NCBI GenBank assembly: GCA_033551855.1
Contig: JAWSUI010000017.1
Coordinates: forward strand, 1-64,000
DNA: 64,000 nucleotides
From: Deferrisomatales bacterium
Lineage (GTDB): Bacteria; Desulfobacterota; Deferrisomatia; Deferrisomatales; JACRMM01
Reading direction: 5' to 3'
The translations under genes and the position numbers were made by a program. Under the pieces are notes generated by a model. That model searched no databases, was not told the DNA's origin, and saw only the letters and a program-made list of their open reading frames with translations. Shown here piece after piece: positions 8,676 through 17,320 of this stretch. Each line of letters begins with the position of its first letter. The first letter of the stretch is position 1.

Positions 8676-10561
8676 TGGCACTGGACCTCGACATGCTCAA
8701 CGAGAACCAGCGCAAGGCGGTTGAGTGGCCGGAGGGACCGCTCCTTGTCCTGGCCGGACCGGGGTCGGGAAAGACCCTGGTCTTGACCCTGCGTGTCGCA
8801 CGCCTCCTCCAAGAGAACGACAACGCCGCCGTACTCGCGCTCACCTTCACAAACAAGGCGGCCGCGGAAATGCGAGAGCGCGTCGATCGCCTTCTCGGAC
8901 AGCACGGAGATCGCGCTCAGGTATGCACCTTCCATGCCTTCGCGACTGATGTGCTTCGACAGCATGGAAGTCATCTCGGCATTCAACCGGACTTTTCGCT
9001 CCTCACTCAGGAGGAGGACCGTGTTGCTCTCGTCGAAGAGATCGTGAGGGATCTGGCGGAGGAAGATCACGTTCTTCCAACCGATCACAGGAACACTCTC
9101 TCGCTGCTCGACCGCTTGTTTGCGTCATCGTACGAGGGTGGCGCGGAGGCTCCGTCGCTTGTGCACACGCCGGGATGGGTCCCGGAACTCTTCGCAGAAT
9201 ATTGCCAGCGCCTGACCAAGGAGAATCGGCTCGACTTTGGCGCGCTCCTGCACTTCGCGCGCAAGCTGCTGACCAGCTTCCCGGCCGTCACTCGCGTCCT
9301 GAGGGCCGGATGGACGCACGTGTGCGTGGACGAGTTCCAGGACACGAACAGGGCGCAGTACGATCTTCTTCGACTCATGGTCACGGAAAACAACCCGAAC
9401 CTGTTCGTCGTGGCGGACGACGACCAGATCATCTACCAGTGGAACGGTGCGAGTCCCGAGCGACTGCAGGCGTTGAAGCACGACTACCAAATGGAGGTCC
9501 TTCAGCTCCCCGAGAACTACCGCTGCCCTCGGGAGATCATTGACCTTGCGAACCAACTGATCCAGCACAACCGGTTGCGGACCGCGGAAAAGCAGCCACT
9601 CGTGACCAATCGCCCGGCGGGAATGGATGAAGGGGTCATCAGACTCGGAACGTACGACCAGCCCGAGGACGAAGCGGCTGCCATCGCGGCCGACATCCGC
9701 GACCGCACCTTGAACGCACAAGAGGTCGCGGTCCTCGCAAGAACGACGAAGCTCCTGGATCGGGCCGCCGAGGCCCTGCGCTCCGCGGGGATCGAGGCTC
9801 ATGTGACGCAACGCAAGGCGGAGTTCGAGACCCCGCTGGTTCGTGTCGTGTTTCATGCGCTCAGACTCGCCAACTCGCGACACGACCGGGACGTGCTCCG
9901 TCGCCTTTGCGTCGCCTGGGAGGCGTTGACGGATCAGGCCTTGGAGCTGGGCGACGTGACTGCCGCCGCAGCGCTCGTTGGCGGTGACTTCCTGCGCGCG
10001 TGGGCCGATGCCGCAACAGCTGACACGGCTGAAGGAGGCAAGGCTCTGGTCGAGCGCCTGCGCTCGTCGCTTGTGGATCGGCTGGAGTTCCCGGGCGTGG
10101 TGGACTGGTTCTTGGCGGAGGGCGCAAAGGCCCTCACGGACGCGAACGACCAAGCACTTGCAGTCGAGTTGGAGACATGGCGCGAGTTGCACGGGGAGCT
10201 AGTGCGTGAGCACGGCGAAGATGCGCTCACTTTGAACGTTTATCTTCAGCTCATGGACCTGGCTCCGAAGGCCCCACGCGCCGGGCCGAACGCCGTTCGT
10301 TGCATGACGGTACACGGAGCGAAAGGGCTTGAGTTCAAGCATGTGTACCTGATCGGGATGGCTCAGGAGGTGTTTCCCTCGTTCCAGGCGCTTCGGAAGG
10401 GACCTGCAAGCCGCGAAGTCGAGGAGGAGCGGCGCAACTGCTTCGTCGCGATCACGCGGGTTCAAGAGACACTCACCCTGACGTGGGCCCGCTCCTACTA
10501 TGGGTACCGCAAGGCTGCGTCGCAGTTCCTAAGTGAGATGGGCCTCGGAGTGGCGCAGTGA
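8672..10561 (+). CDS. UvrD/Rep SF1 helicase, GajB-like
   Basis: AGPGSGKT, TFTNKAA, DEFQD, DDDQIIY, NYR, TVHGAKGLEF, EERRNCFVAITR; coupled to the OLD gene. Confidence 0.92.
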   Translation: MMALDLDMLNENQRKAVEWPEGPLLVLAGPGSGKTLVLTLRVARLLQENDNAAVLALTFTNKAAAEMRERVDRLLGQHGDRAQVCTFHAFATDVLRQHGSHLGIQPDFSLLTQEEDRVALVEEIVRDLAEEDHVLPTDHRNTLSLLDRLFASSYEGGAEAPSLVHTPGWVPELFAEYCQRLTKENRLDFGALLHFARKLLTSFPAVTRVLRAGWTHVCVDEFQDTNRAQYDLLRLMVTENNPNLFVVADDDQIIYQWNGASPERLQALKHDYQMEVLQLPENYRCPREIIDLANQLIQHNRLRTAEKQPLVTNRPAGMDEGVIRLGTYDQPEDEAAAIAADIRDRTLNAQEVAVLARTTKLLDRAAEALRSAGIEAHVTQRKAEFETPLVRVVFHALRLANSRHDRDVLRRLCVAWEALTDQALELGDVTAAAALVGGDFLRAWADAATADTAEGGKALVERLRSSLVDRLEFPGVVDWFLAEGAKALTDANDQALAVELETWRELHGELVREHGEDALTLNVYLQLMDLAPKAPRAGPNAVRCMTVHGAKGLEFKHVYLIGMAQEVFPSFQALRKGPASREVEEERRNCFVAITRVQETLTLTWARSYYGYRKAASQFLSEMGLGVAQ

Positions 10562-10619
10562 TGGCAAGACTCTGCCGGAGTGATTGCAGCATGCGTACCT
10601 CTGCCCAAGGGGGTGGCGG

Positions 10620-11765
10620 ATGAGCCGCGTCGCCATCAAACCCGACCTCGTCCAGTGGGCGCGCGAGCGTGCGGGTCTCCCGGTGGGCGCCTTGGCGGGT
10701 CGGTTCCCGAAGCTCGAAGCCTGGGAGCGGGGCGAGGCGCAGCCGACGATGAAGCAGCTCGAGGCCTTCGCCAATGCGACGCACGTTCCGATGGGATACC
10801 TCTTCCTGCCGGAGCCGCCGGAGGAGCGCCTTCCGATCCCGGATTTCCGGACGCTGCCGAAAGTCGAACTGCGCACGCCGAACCCCGATCTGCTCGACAC
10901 GATCTACGCCATGCAGCAGCGCCAGGCGTGGCTGCGGGAGACGCTTCTCGACGGCGAAGCGGAGCCGTTGGAGTTCGTCGGCAGCGCGCGGTTAGAAGAT
11001 GTGCCCGAGGCCGTCGGCCGCGAGATGCGCCGGATCATCGGCTTCGGCGATGGCTGGGCCGCCGAGGTGCGGACGTGGCAGAAGGCCGTGTCGAGGCTGC
11101 GGCAGGCCATCGAGGATCTCGGAGTCATGGCCGTGATCAACGGCGTGGTCGGGAATAACACGCATCGGAAGCTCGACGTGCAGGAATTCCGGGGCTTCGC
11201 CCTCTGCGACCGCCATGCGCCGCTAATCTTCGTGAACGGTGCCGATGCCAAGTCGGCCCAGATGTTCACGCTGGCGCACGAGCTTGCCCACGTCTGGCTC
11301 GGGAGCGAGGGCGTCTCCGGATTCGAGGATCTGTTTCCCGGAGGATCGCAGATCGAGGACTTCTGCGACAAGGCGGCGGCGGAGTTCCTCGTCCCGGAAC
11401 GTGAGCTGAAGGGCGCCTGGAGCGACGCCAGGCGCACCGAGCGACCATTCGAGGATCTCGCGCGGAGGTTCAAGGTGAGCCCGATCGTCGCCGGCCGGCG
11501 CGCCATGGACCTCCGATTGGTCGATCGGGAGGCCTTCTTCACCTTCTACCGCGCATACGTCGCCGAAGAGCGGCGCCGGAGCAAGGGACCGGGAGGCGGC
11601 GACTTCTACAACAACCAGAACACCCGCGTCGGTGAGCTCTTCGCCACGCACGTGATCCGCGCGGCGATCGAGGGCCGCGTTGGTTTCAAGGAGGCGTACG
11701 ACCTGACTGGCCTGCGTGGAGGCGCCTTTCAGGAGTACGCCGAGCGCCTGGGGTTCGGGTTCTGA
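10620..11765 (+). CDS. XRE-HTH + ImmA/IrrE-type Zn metallopeptidase
   Basis: N-terminal HTH (WERGEAQPT), FTLAHELAH (HExxH), EDFCDKAAAEFL. Confidence 0.9.
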   Translation: MSRVAIKPDLVQWARERAGLPVGALAGRFPKLEAWERGEAQPTMKQLEAFANATHVPMGYLFLPEPPEERLPIPDFRTLPKVELRTPNPDLLDTIYAMQQRQAWLRETLLDGEAEPLEFVGSARLEDVPEAVGREMRRIIGFGDGWAAEVRTWQKAVSRLRQAIEDLGVMAVINGVVGNNTHRKLDVQEFRGFALCDRHAPLIFVNGADAKSAQMFTLAHELAHVWLGSEGVSGFEDLFPGGSQIEDFCDKAAAEFLVPERELKGAWSDARRTERPFEDLARRFKVSPIVAGRRAMDLRLVDREAFFTFYRAYVAEERRRSKGPGGGDFYNNQNTRVGELFATHVIRAAIEGRVGFKEAYDLTGLRGGAFQEYAERLGFGF

Positions 11766-12289
11766 TGGCGTCCAAGCACCGGTATATCCTGGACGCGGAC
11801 GTCTTCATCACCGCGAAGAACCGGTACTACGCGTTCGACATTTGCCCCGGGTTCTGGGAGAGCGTGGTCCATCATCATCGCGTCGGGCGGACCTACAGCA
11901 TCGACCGCGTGAGGAACGAGCTGCTCGTGGGACGCAAGACGGAGGATCTGGTGCAGTGGGTGACGAAGGACCTGCCCGACACCTTCTTCCTCGGCGTGGA
12001 CGATGACCCCGTGACCGCCGCGTACACCGATGTCATGATGTGGGTCCAGCGAAGCCCGCAGTACTTCGACCACGCCAAGGCGAAGTTTGCTACGGGTGCG
12101 GATGGCTGGCTGGTGGCGTACGCGAAGGTCCACGGCGCGGTCGTCGTCACGAACGAGGAGCGGCGCCCGGAGGCCAAGCGGGAGATCAAGCTCCCCGACG
12201 TCTGCGCTCAGTTCGAGGTGCCGTACACGGACACGTTCAGGATGCTCAAGGATCTCGCCGTTCAGTTCGAGTTCGGAGGGGTGCGCTGA
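11765..12289 (+). CDS. DUF4411-family PIN-like protein
   Basis: YILDADVFI, YYAFDICPGFW, ADGWLVA, VVTNE, IKLPDVC; TGATG coupling on both sides. Confidence 0.85.
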   Translation: MASKHRYILDADVFITAKNRYYAFDICPGFWESVVHHHRVGRTYSIDRVRNELLVGRKTEDLVQWVTKDLPDTFFLGVDDDPVTAAYTDVMMWVQRSPQYFDHAKAKFATGADGWLVAYAKVHGAVVVTNEERRPEAKREIKLPDVCAQFEVPYTDTFRMLKDLAVQFEFGGVR

Positions 12290-15200
12290 TGCCCGGCCGC
12301 CATACCGAAGCCGCCTTCGAAGCGGGGATCGAAGCCTACCTCACTGCCTCGGGCGGGTACGTGACCGGCGACCGCGACGCCTTCGACGCCGAGCGCTGCA
12401 TCGACCGGGCGGCCTTTCTGGCCTTCGTCCAGGAGACCCAGCCGGAGGAGTGGGCGTATCTCGAGAACCTCCAGAAGGGCAAGGCCGAGCAGACGCTGAT
12501 CGACGACCTCTGCCGCGCGCTCGACTCCGAGCACGAGGGCTGCCTCTCGGTCCTGCGTCACGGCTTCAAGTGCTTCGGGAAGCTCTTCCGCGCCGCCTGG
12601 TTCGCGCCCGCCAGCGGAATGAACCCCGAGGCCGAGCGGCGCTACGTGGCGAACCGCCTGACGATCACGCGGCAGGTGCGCTACTCGCCCCGGCACGTGA
12701 ATGCGCTCGACGTGCTTCTCTCCCTCAACGGCATTCCCGTCGTCACCGCCGAACTGAAGAACCCGATGACGGGGCAGACCTGGCGCAACGCTCTGCACCA
12801 GTACAAGCACGACCGGGACTCGTCCGACCTGCTGTTCCAGTTCAAGAGGCGCGCCCTCGTCCACTTCGCGGTGGACCCGGACGAGGTCTACATGACGACG
12901 CGGCTCGCGGGCCGCAACACGCACTTCCTGCCGTTCAACCGGGGCCGCGACGGCGGGGCCGGCAACCCGGAGAACCCGGGCGGCTGGAAGACCGCCTACC
13001 TGTGGGAAGAGGTCCTGGAGCGGCGGAGCCTGCTGGACATCCTCGCCCGGTTCATCCACCTGCAAGTCGAGGAGAAGCGCCTCGGCAGCAGGAAGGTCAA
13101 GCGGGAGGCGATGATTTTCCCGCGCTACCACCAGCTCGACTGCGTGCGGGCGCTCATCCGCGACGCGGGGGATCGCGGTGCCGGCGCCAACTACCTCGTC
13201 CAGCACTCGGCCGGCAGCGGCAAATCCAACTCCATCGCCTGGCTCGTCCATCGCCTCTCGACTCTGCACGACGTGCGCGACGAGAAGGTCTACGACTCGG
13301 TGGTGGTGGTGACGGATCGCGTCGTGCTCGACCAACAGCTCCAGAACACGATCTACCAGTTCGAGCACCGGCAAGGGGTCGTGCAGAAGATCGACCGCGA
13401 CTCGGCGCAGCTCGCCCAGGCGCTCGGCGCCGCCGTCCCGATCGTGGTCACCACGCTCCAGAAGTTCCCCTTCGTCACGGAGAAGATCGGCGACCTGCCG
13501 CGGCGGAAGTACGCCGTGGTGATCGACGAGGCGCACAGCTCGCAGGGCGGCGAGACAGCGACCGAGCTCAAGGGTGTCCTCGGCGGGGCGGCGATCCGCG
13601 AAGAGGCGCGCCAGCAGGCCGAGGAGCAGGGGCTGGCCGATCACGAAGAAGAGATCCTTCGCACGATCGCCAAGCGCGGCCGGCAGCCGAACATCAGCTT
13701 CTTCGCGTTCACGGCCACCCCGAAGTACAAGACCCTCGAAGTCTTCGGCGAGCCCGGCGCCGACGGGAAGCCGCGGCCGTTCCACCTCTACAGCATGCGC
13801 CAGGCGATCGAGGAGGGCTTCATCCTCGACGTGCTGGCCAGCTACACGACGTACAAGACCTACTACCGGCTGATCAAGTCGATCGAGGACGACCCCGAGG
13901 TCGACAAGCGCAAGGCGGCGCGCGCGCTCGCGCGCTTCATGAGCTTGCACCCGCACAACATCGCGCAGAAGACGGAGGTCATGGTCGAGCACTTCCGCCA
14001 CTTCACGATGCACAAGGTCGGCGGCAAGGCGAAGGCGATGGTCGTCACTGGGAGCCGCCTCCACGCCGTGCGCTACAAGCAGGCCTTCGACCGGTACATC
14101 TCCGAGAAGGGCTACCAGGGTATAAAGACGCTGGTCGCCTTCTCCGGCACGGTGATCGACCCCGACGCGCCGGGCGTCGAGTACACCGAGGTCGGGATGA
14201 ACCAGGGCATCCGCGAGAAGGAGCTCCCGGAGCGCTTTGGCTCCGAGGAGTACCAGGTACTCCTCGTGGCGGAGAAGTACCAGACCGGCTTCGACCAGCC
14301 GCTCCTGCACACTATGTATGTGGACAAGCGGCTCGCCGGCATCCAGGCCGTGCAGACGCTCTCGCGCCTCAACCGGACCTGCCCGGGCAAGGAGGATACC
14401 TTCGTCCTCGACTTCGTGAACGAGCCCGAGGAGATCCTCGCCGCCTTCCAGCCCTACTACGAGCAGACCCTCGTCGGCGAACGCGCGGAGCCGAGCCAGC
14501 TCTACGAGATCCAGGCCAAGCTCGACGGCCATCAGGTCTACCACAAGAGCGAGGTCGAGGAGTTCTGCAGGGTCTTCTACAAGCCCCGGCAGAACCAGAC
14601 GCCCGTCGACCACGCGCGCATGAACGCGTGCATTGATCCCGCGGTACATCGCTACACAGAGCTCGCCGAGGAGGAGCGCGAGGAGTACCGCAAGACGCTC
14701 GTGGCCTACCGGAACCTCTACGCCTTCCTCTCACAGGTCATCCCGTTCCAGGACTCCGACCTCGAGAAGCTCTACTCCTACATCCGGTTCCTGCTCACGA
14801 AGCTGCCTAAGGGCGACCGAGGCCCGGTCTACGACTTCGATGACGAAGTCGCGCTCAAGTACTACCGGCTGCAGAAGATCAGTGATGGCTCGATTCCCCT
14901 CGAAGCGGGCAAGGGCGGCGAGGTCGCCGGTCCCGTGGCGGTCGGGAGCCGCGCCGCCCAGGGCTCGCTGATCGAGCTTTCCCAGCTCATCGACATCCTG
15001 AACGAGCGCTTCGGCACCGACTTCAAGCCGGGCGACCAGCTCTTCCTCGAGTCGATTCGCGAGGATGCCCTCGCCGACCCCGAGATCCGCCAAGCCGCCC
15101 TCGCGAACACGATGGAGAACTTCGGCTACGTGTTCCTGAAGGCGCTGGAGGGCCTCTTCATCGACCGCATGGAGCAGAACGAGGACATCACCGCCCGCTT

Positions 15201-15792
15201 CATGAACGACCAGGACTTCCAGGAGCTCGTCGGCAAGCACCTGCTCAAGAAGGTCTACGAGCAGGTGCGCCAGGAACAGGCGAGGGATGGGCGTCCGGAG
15301 GCCGAGCCCTTCCAGCGCGTCGAGCCGAAGCCCGAGGACCGGTTCCGCACCTGCGTGCCGCTTTTCACGCTCAAGGCCGCTGCGGGCGCGTTCGGGGCGG
15401 ACCAGCACGTCGAGCCCGACGGCTGGGTCGCGCCGCGAACCTCGCGGCCGCTCTCGGAAGGAATGTTTGTGGCCCAGGTCGTGGGACACTCGATGGAGCC
15501 CCGCATCCCCGACGGCGCGTGGTGTCTCTTCCGCTCGCCGGTCACCGGATCGCGCCAGGGTCGCATCGTGCTCGTTCAGCACCAGTCCATACAGGACCCC
15601 GATGGCGACGGCAGCTACACCGTCAAACGCTACCAGAGCGAGAAGGAGGCGAGCGGCGACGATGGCGACGCATGGCGCCACAAGGTCATCCGGCTCCTTC
15701 CCGACAATCCCAGCTTCGATCCCATCATTCTGGCCGGCATCAACGAGGAGGAACTGTCGGTGATCGCGGAGCTGATGGAGGTGCTGCGATGA
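12289..15792 (+). CDS. hsdR: Type I R-M restriction subunit R with a C-terminal S24 (LexA-like) peptidase domain
   Basis: D..LSLNGIP...ELKN nuclease, HSAGSGKS, DEAH, QTLSRLNR; C-terminal VPLFTLKAAAG...VVGHSMEP...TVKRY. Confidence 0.95.
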   Translation: MPGRHTEAAFEAGIEAYLTASGGYVTGDRDAFDAERCIDRAAFLAFVQETQPEEWAYLENLQKGKAEQTLIDDLCRALDSEHEGCLSVLRHGFKCFGKLFRAAWFAPASGMNPEAERRYVANRLTITRQVRYSPRHVNALDVLLSLNGIPVVTAELKNPMTGQTWRNALHQYKHDRDSSDLLFQFKRRALVHFAVDPDEVYMTTRLAGRNTHFLPFNRGRDGGAGNPENPGGWKTAYLWEEVLERRSLLDILARFIHLQVEEKRLGSRKVKREAMIFPRYHQLDCVRALIRDAGDRGAGANYLVQHSAGSGKSNSIAWLVHRLSTLHDVRDEKVYDSVVVVTDRVVLDQQLQNTIYQFEHRQGVVQKIDRDSAQLAQALGAAVPIVVTTLQKFPFVTEKIGDLPRRKYAVVIDEAHSSQGGETATELKGVLGGAAIREEARQQAEEQGLADHEEEILRTIAKRGRQPNISFFAFTATPKYKTLEVFGEPGADGKPRPFHLYSMRQAIEEGFILDVLASYTTYKTYYRLIKSIEDDPEVDKRKAARALARFMSLHPHNIAQKTEVMVEHFRHFTMHKVGGKAKAMVVTGSRLHAVRYKQAFDRYISEKGYQGIKTLVAFSGTVIDPDAPGVEYTEVGMNQGIREKELPERFGSEEYQVLLVAEKYQTGFDQPLLHTMYVDKRLAGIQAVQTLSRLNRTCPGKEDTFVLDFVNEPEEILAAFQPYYEQTLVGERAEPSQLYEIQAKLDGHQVYHKSEVEEFCRVFYKPRQNQTPVDHARMNACIDPAVHRYTELAEEEREEYRKTLVAYRNLYAFLSQVIPFQDSDLEKLYSYIRFLLTKLPKGDRGPVYDFDDEVALKYYRLQKISDGSIPLEAGKGGEVAGPVAVGSRAAQGSLIELSQLIDILNERFGTDFKPGDQLFLESIREDALADPEIRQAALANTMENFGYVFLKALEGLFIDRMEQNEDITARFMNDQDFQELVGKHLLKKVYEQVRQEQARDGRPEAEPFQRVEPKPEDRFRTCVPLFTLKAAAGAFGADQHVEPDGWVAPRTSRPLSEGMFVAQVVGHSMEPRIPDGAWCLFRSPVTGSRQGRIVLVQHQSIQDPDGDGSYTVKRYQSEKEASGDDGDAWRHKVIRLLPDNPSFDPIILAGINEEELSVIAELMEVLR

Positions 15793-15796
15793 CACG

Positions 15797-15856
15797 GCCC
15801 AACAACAGCATGCAGCGGTCGGCGCTGCGCGCCGCCGCTGATGCTGAGCGTTCGCC
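15797..15856 (+). mobile_element. attC site 4 (closes the 12.8-kb cassette)
   Basis: R'' GCCCAAC 15797-15803; CAGCATGCAGCGG / CCGCTGATGCTG; R' GTTCGCC 15850-15856; begins 4 bp after the hsdR stop. Confidence 0.92.
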
Positions 15857-15878
15857 GAAATGAAGGAAGGGATTTCGC

Positions 15879-16139
15879 ATGCCGGAGATATCCCGCTTCT
15901 ACGGGATCGTCATCGCCATGTTCTGGGATGACCACAACCCACCCCATTTTCACGCCCGGTACGGTGGAAGCAACGCAGCGATCGAGATCGGATCACTGCG
16001 CATCCTGGATGGGACACTCCCGCCGCGGGCGTTGGGTCTGGTGGTAGAATGGGCCTCGCAGCACTCGGACGAACTCATGCGGAATTGGGAGGAAGCCCGC
16101 AGGAGCAAGCCGCTGCAGAAGATCGAACCTCTTCCATGA
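15879..16139 (+). CDS. DUF4160 protein (toxin of the DUF4160/DUF2442 pair)
   Basis: MPEISRFYGIVI...DHNPPHFH...KIEPL. Confidence 0.92.
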   Translation: MPEISRFYGIVIAMFWDDHNPPHFHARYGGSNAAIEIGSLRILDGTLPPRALGLVVEWASQHSDELMRNWEEARRSKPLQKIEPLP

Positions 16140-16152
16140 AGGGAGGCCAACC

Positions 16153-16452
16153 ATGATTCATGACGTGGTCGGCGCCGTGTACAAGGGCGGGTACCGTATC
16201 GAGATTGAGTTCGATGATGGCCAGAAGGGCGTCGTTGATTTCAGCGGGTACTTGGAACGAGGTGGGGTGTTCGATCGGTTCCATGACCTCGACTTCTTCA
16301 AGGGATTTTCGGTCAACGAGGACATAGGGACGTTGACCTGGGGTGATGAGTTGGACGTTGCCCCCGAGACGCTTTATGCAGAGGCGACTGGAAGGCCACT
16401 TCCATCATGGATGCGACCCGACGAAGAAGAGGCGCGGCGAACAAGTGCGTGA
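16153..16452 (+). CDS. DUF2442 protein (partner antitoxin)
   Basis: YRIEIEFDDG...GTLTW...DVAPETLY; 3' end runs into attC5. Confidence 0.9.
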   Translation: MIHDVVGAVYKGGYRIEIEFDDGQKGVVDFSGYLERGGVFDRFHDLDFFKGFSVNEDIGTLTWGDELDVAPETLYAEATGRPLPSWMRPDEEEARRTSA

Positions 16453-16517
16453 ACGCGGACGTAAGAAAGGCGGGCTATGCCCCGCCTTTCTTGCGCCTGT
16501 TACGCATCGCGTTCGAG
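16436..16517 (+). mobile_element. attC site 5
   Basis: R'' GGCGAAC 16436-16442; TGCGTGAAC / GTTACGCA; inner stem AAGAAAGGCGGG / CCCGCCTTTCTT; R' GTTCGAG 16511-16517. Confidence 0.9.
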
Positions 16518-16539
16518 CCAAGAATGAGGAATTAGAAGC

Positions 16540-16830
16540 ATGGGCCTCCGCTTCGAGTGGGACCGCCGGAAAGCCGCAGGCAACCTGCGGAAGCACGGCG
16601 TAAGCTTCGATGAAGCGAGCACTGTCTTCGATGACGCACTCGGCCGCATCTTCGATGATGAGGACCATTCAGAACGAGAACCCAGGGAGATCATCGTCGG
16701 CCACTCGGCGGCTGGCCGCCTCCTGCTGGTGTCTTTCACCGAGCGGGGAGAGAATGTGATCAGGATCATCAGCGCCCGACCAGCGACCCCACGCGAGCGA
16801 GATGACTATGAAGAAGACCAGTCCCACTGA
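16540..16830 (+). CDS. brnT: BrnT-family toxin (DUF497)
   Basis: FEWDRRKAAGNLRKHGVSF...HSEREPR...IRIISAR. Confidence 0.92.
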   Translation: MGLRFEWDRRKAAGNLRKHGVSFDEASTVFDDALGRIFDDEDHSEREPREIIVGHSAAGRLLLVSFTERGENVIRIISARPATPRERDDYEEDQSH

Positions 16831-17089
16831 ACACACCCCTGAACGAGGCGACGAACTCCGGGAGGAGTACCGTTTCGACTACACGAGGGCGAAGCCGAAT
16901 CGGTTTGCAGCTCGAGCCCACGAGCCCCGCGTGGTTGTGGTTCTCGATCCCGACGTTGCGGAGGTCTTTCAAACGCCAGATTCAGTCAACGAGGTCCTGC
17001 GAGCGCTTATTCAGACCATGCCAAAAGCCAATGGCCTGGACCCGAAGGCGAAGACGCTCGAACAACCGCGTAAACCAGACGCTCGATAA
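16802..17089 (+). CDS. BrnA-like antitoxin
   Basis: DELREEYRFDY...NRFA...LDPDVAEVF...VNEVLR; overlaps brnT. Confidence 0.85.
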   Translation: MTMKKTSPTEHTPERGDELREEYRFDYTRAKPNRFAARAHEPRVVVVLDPDVAEVFQTPDSVNEVLRALIQTMPKANGLDPKAKTLEQPRKPDAR

Positions 17090-17146
17090 GCTGGCTTTCT
17101 CTTTCCGGAAGCTGGCCGGCTCGCGCTGGTTACGCAGGTGTTCGTG
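17057..17146 (+). mobile_element. attC site 6 (last in the array)
   Basis: R'' CTCGAAC 17057-17063; GCGTAAACCAG / CTGGTTACGC; R' GTTCGTG 17140-17146. Confidence 0.85.
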
Positions 17147-17171
17147 GCAATCAGAATGATGAAATAGATGT

Positions 17172-17301
17172 AACCACAAAGACACGAAGAGGGCCATGCT
17201 GTTTCAATGGCAATTCAACATTCTTCTTTCTCTGTGCCTTCGTGTCTTCGTGGTTGGCGTCAAAAAAGCCAAATCCTGTAAATCCTGTTATCCTGTCTAA
17301 A
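17172..17301. repeat. Tandem-repeat hairpin element, partial copy
   Basis: AACCACAAAGACACGAAG 17172-17189 / CTTCGTGTCTTCGTGGTT 17238-17255, then ATCCTGTAA ATCCTGTT ATCCTGTC TAAA 17273-17301. Confidence 0.85.
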
Positions 17302-17320
17302 CTCCTTCCCGTCGCATCCA

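Larger units (their letters stand above)
741..17146 (+). mobile_element. Integron gene-cassette array, distal end; integrase not in window
   Basis: Six co-oriented attC sites (60-90 bp), each just after or overlapping the 3' end of a + strand ORF; two TA cassettes at the end. Confidence 0.9.

Noticed and set aside
16463..16492. Strong hairpin read as an intrinsic terminator
   Set aside because: It is the central stem of attC5; a secondary terminator role cannot be excluded.
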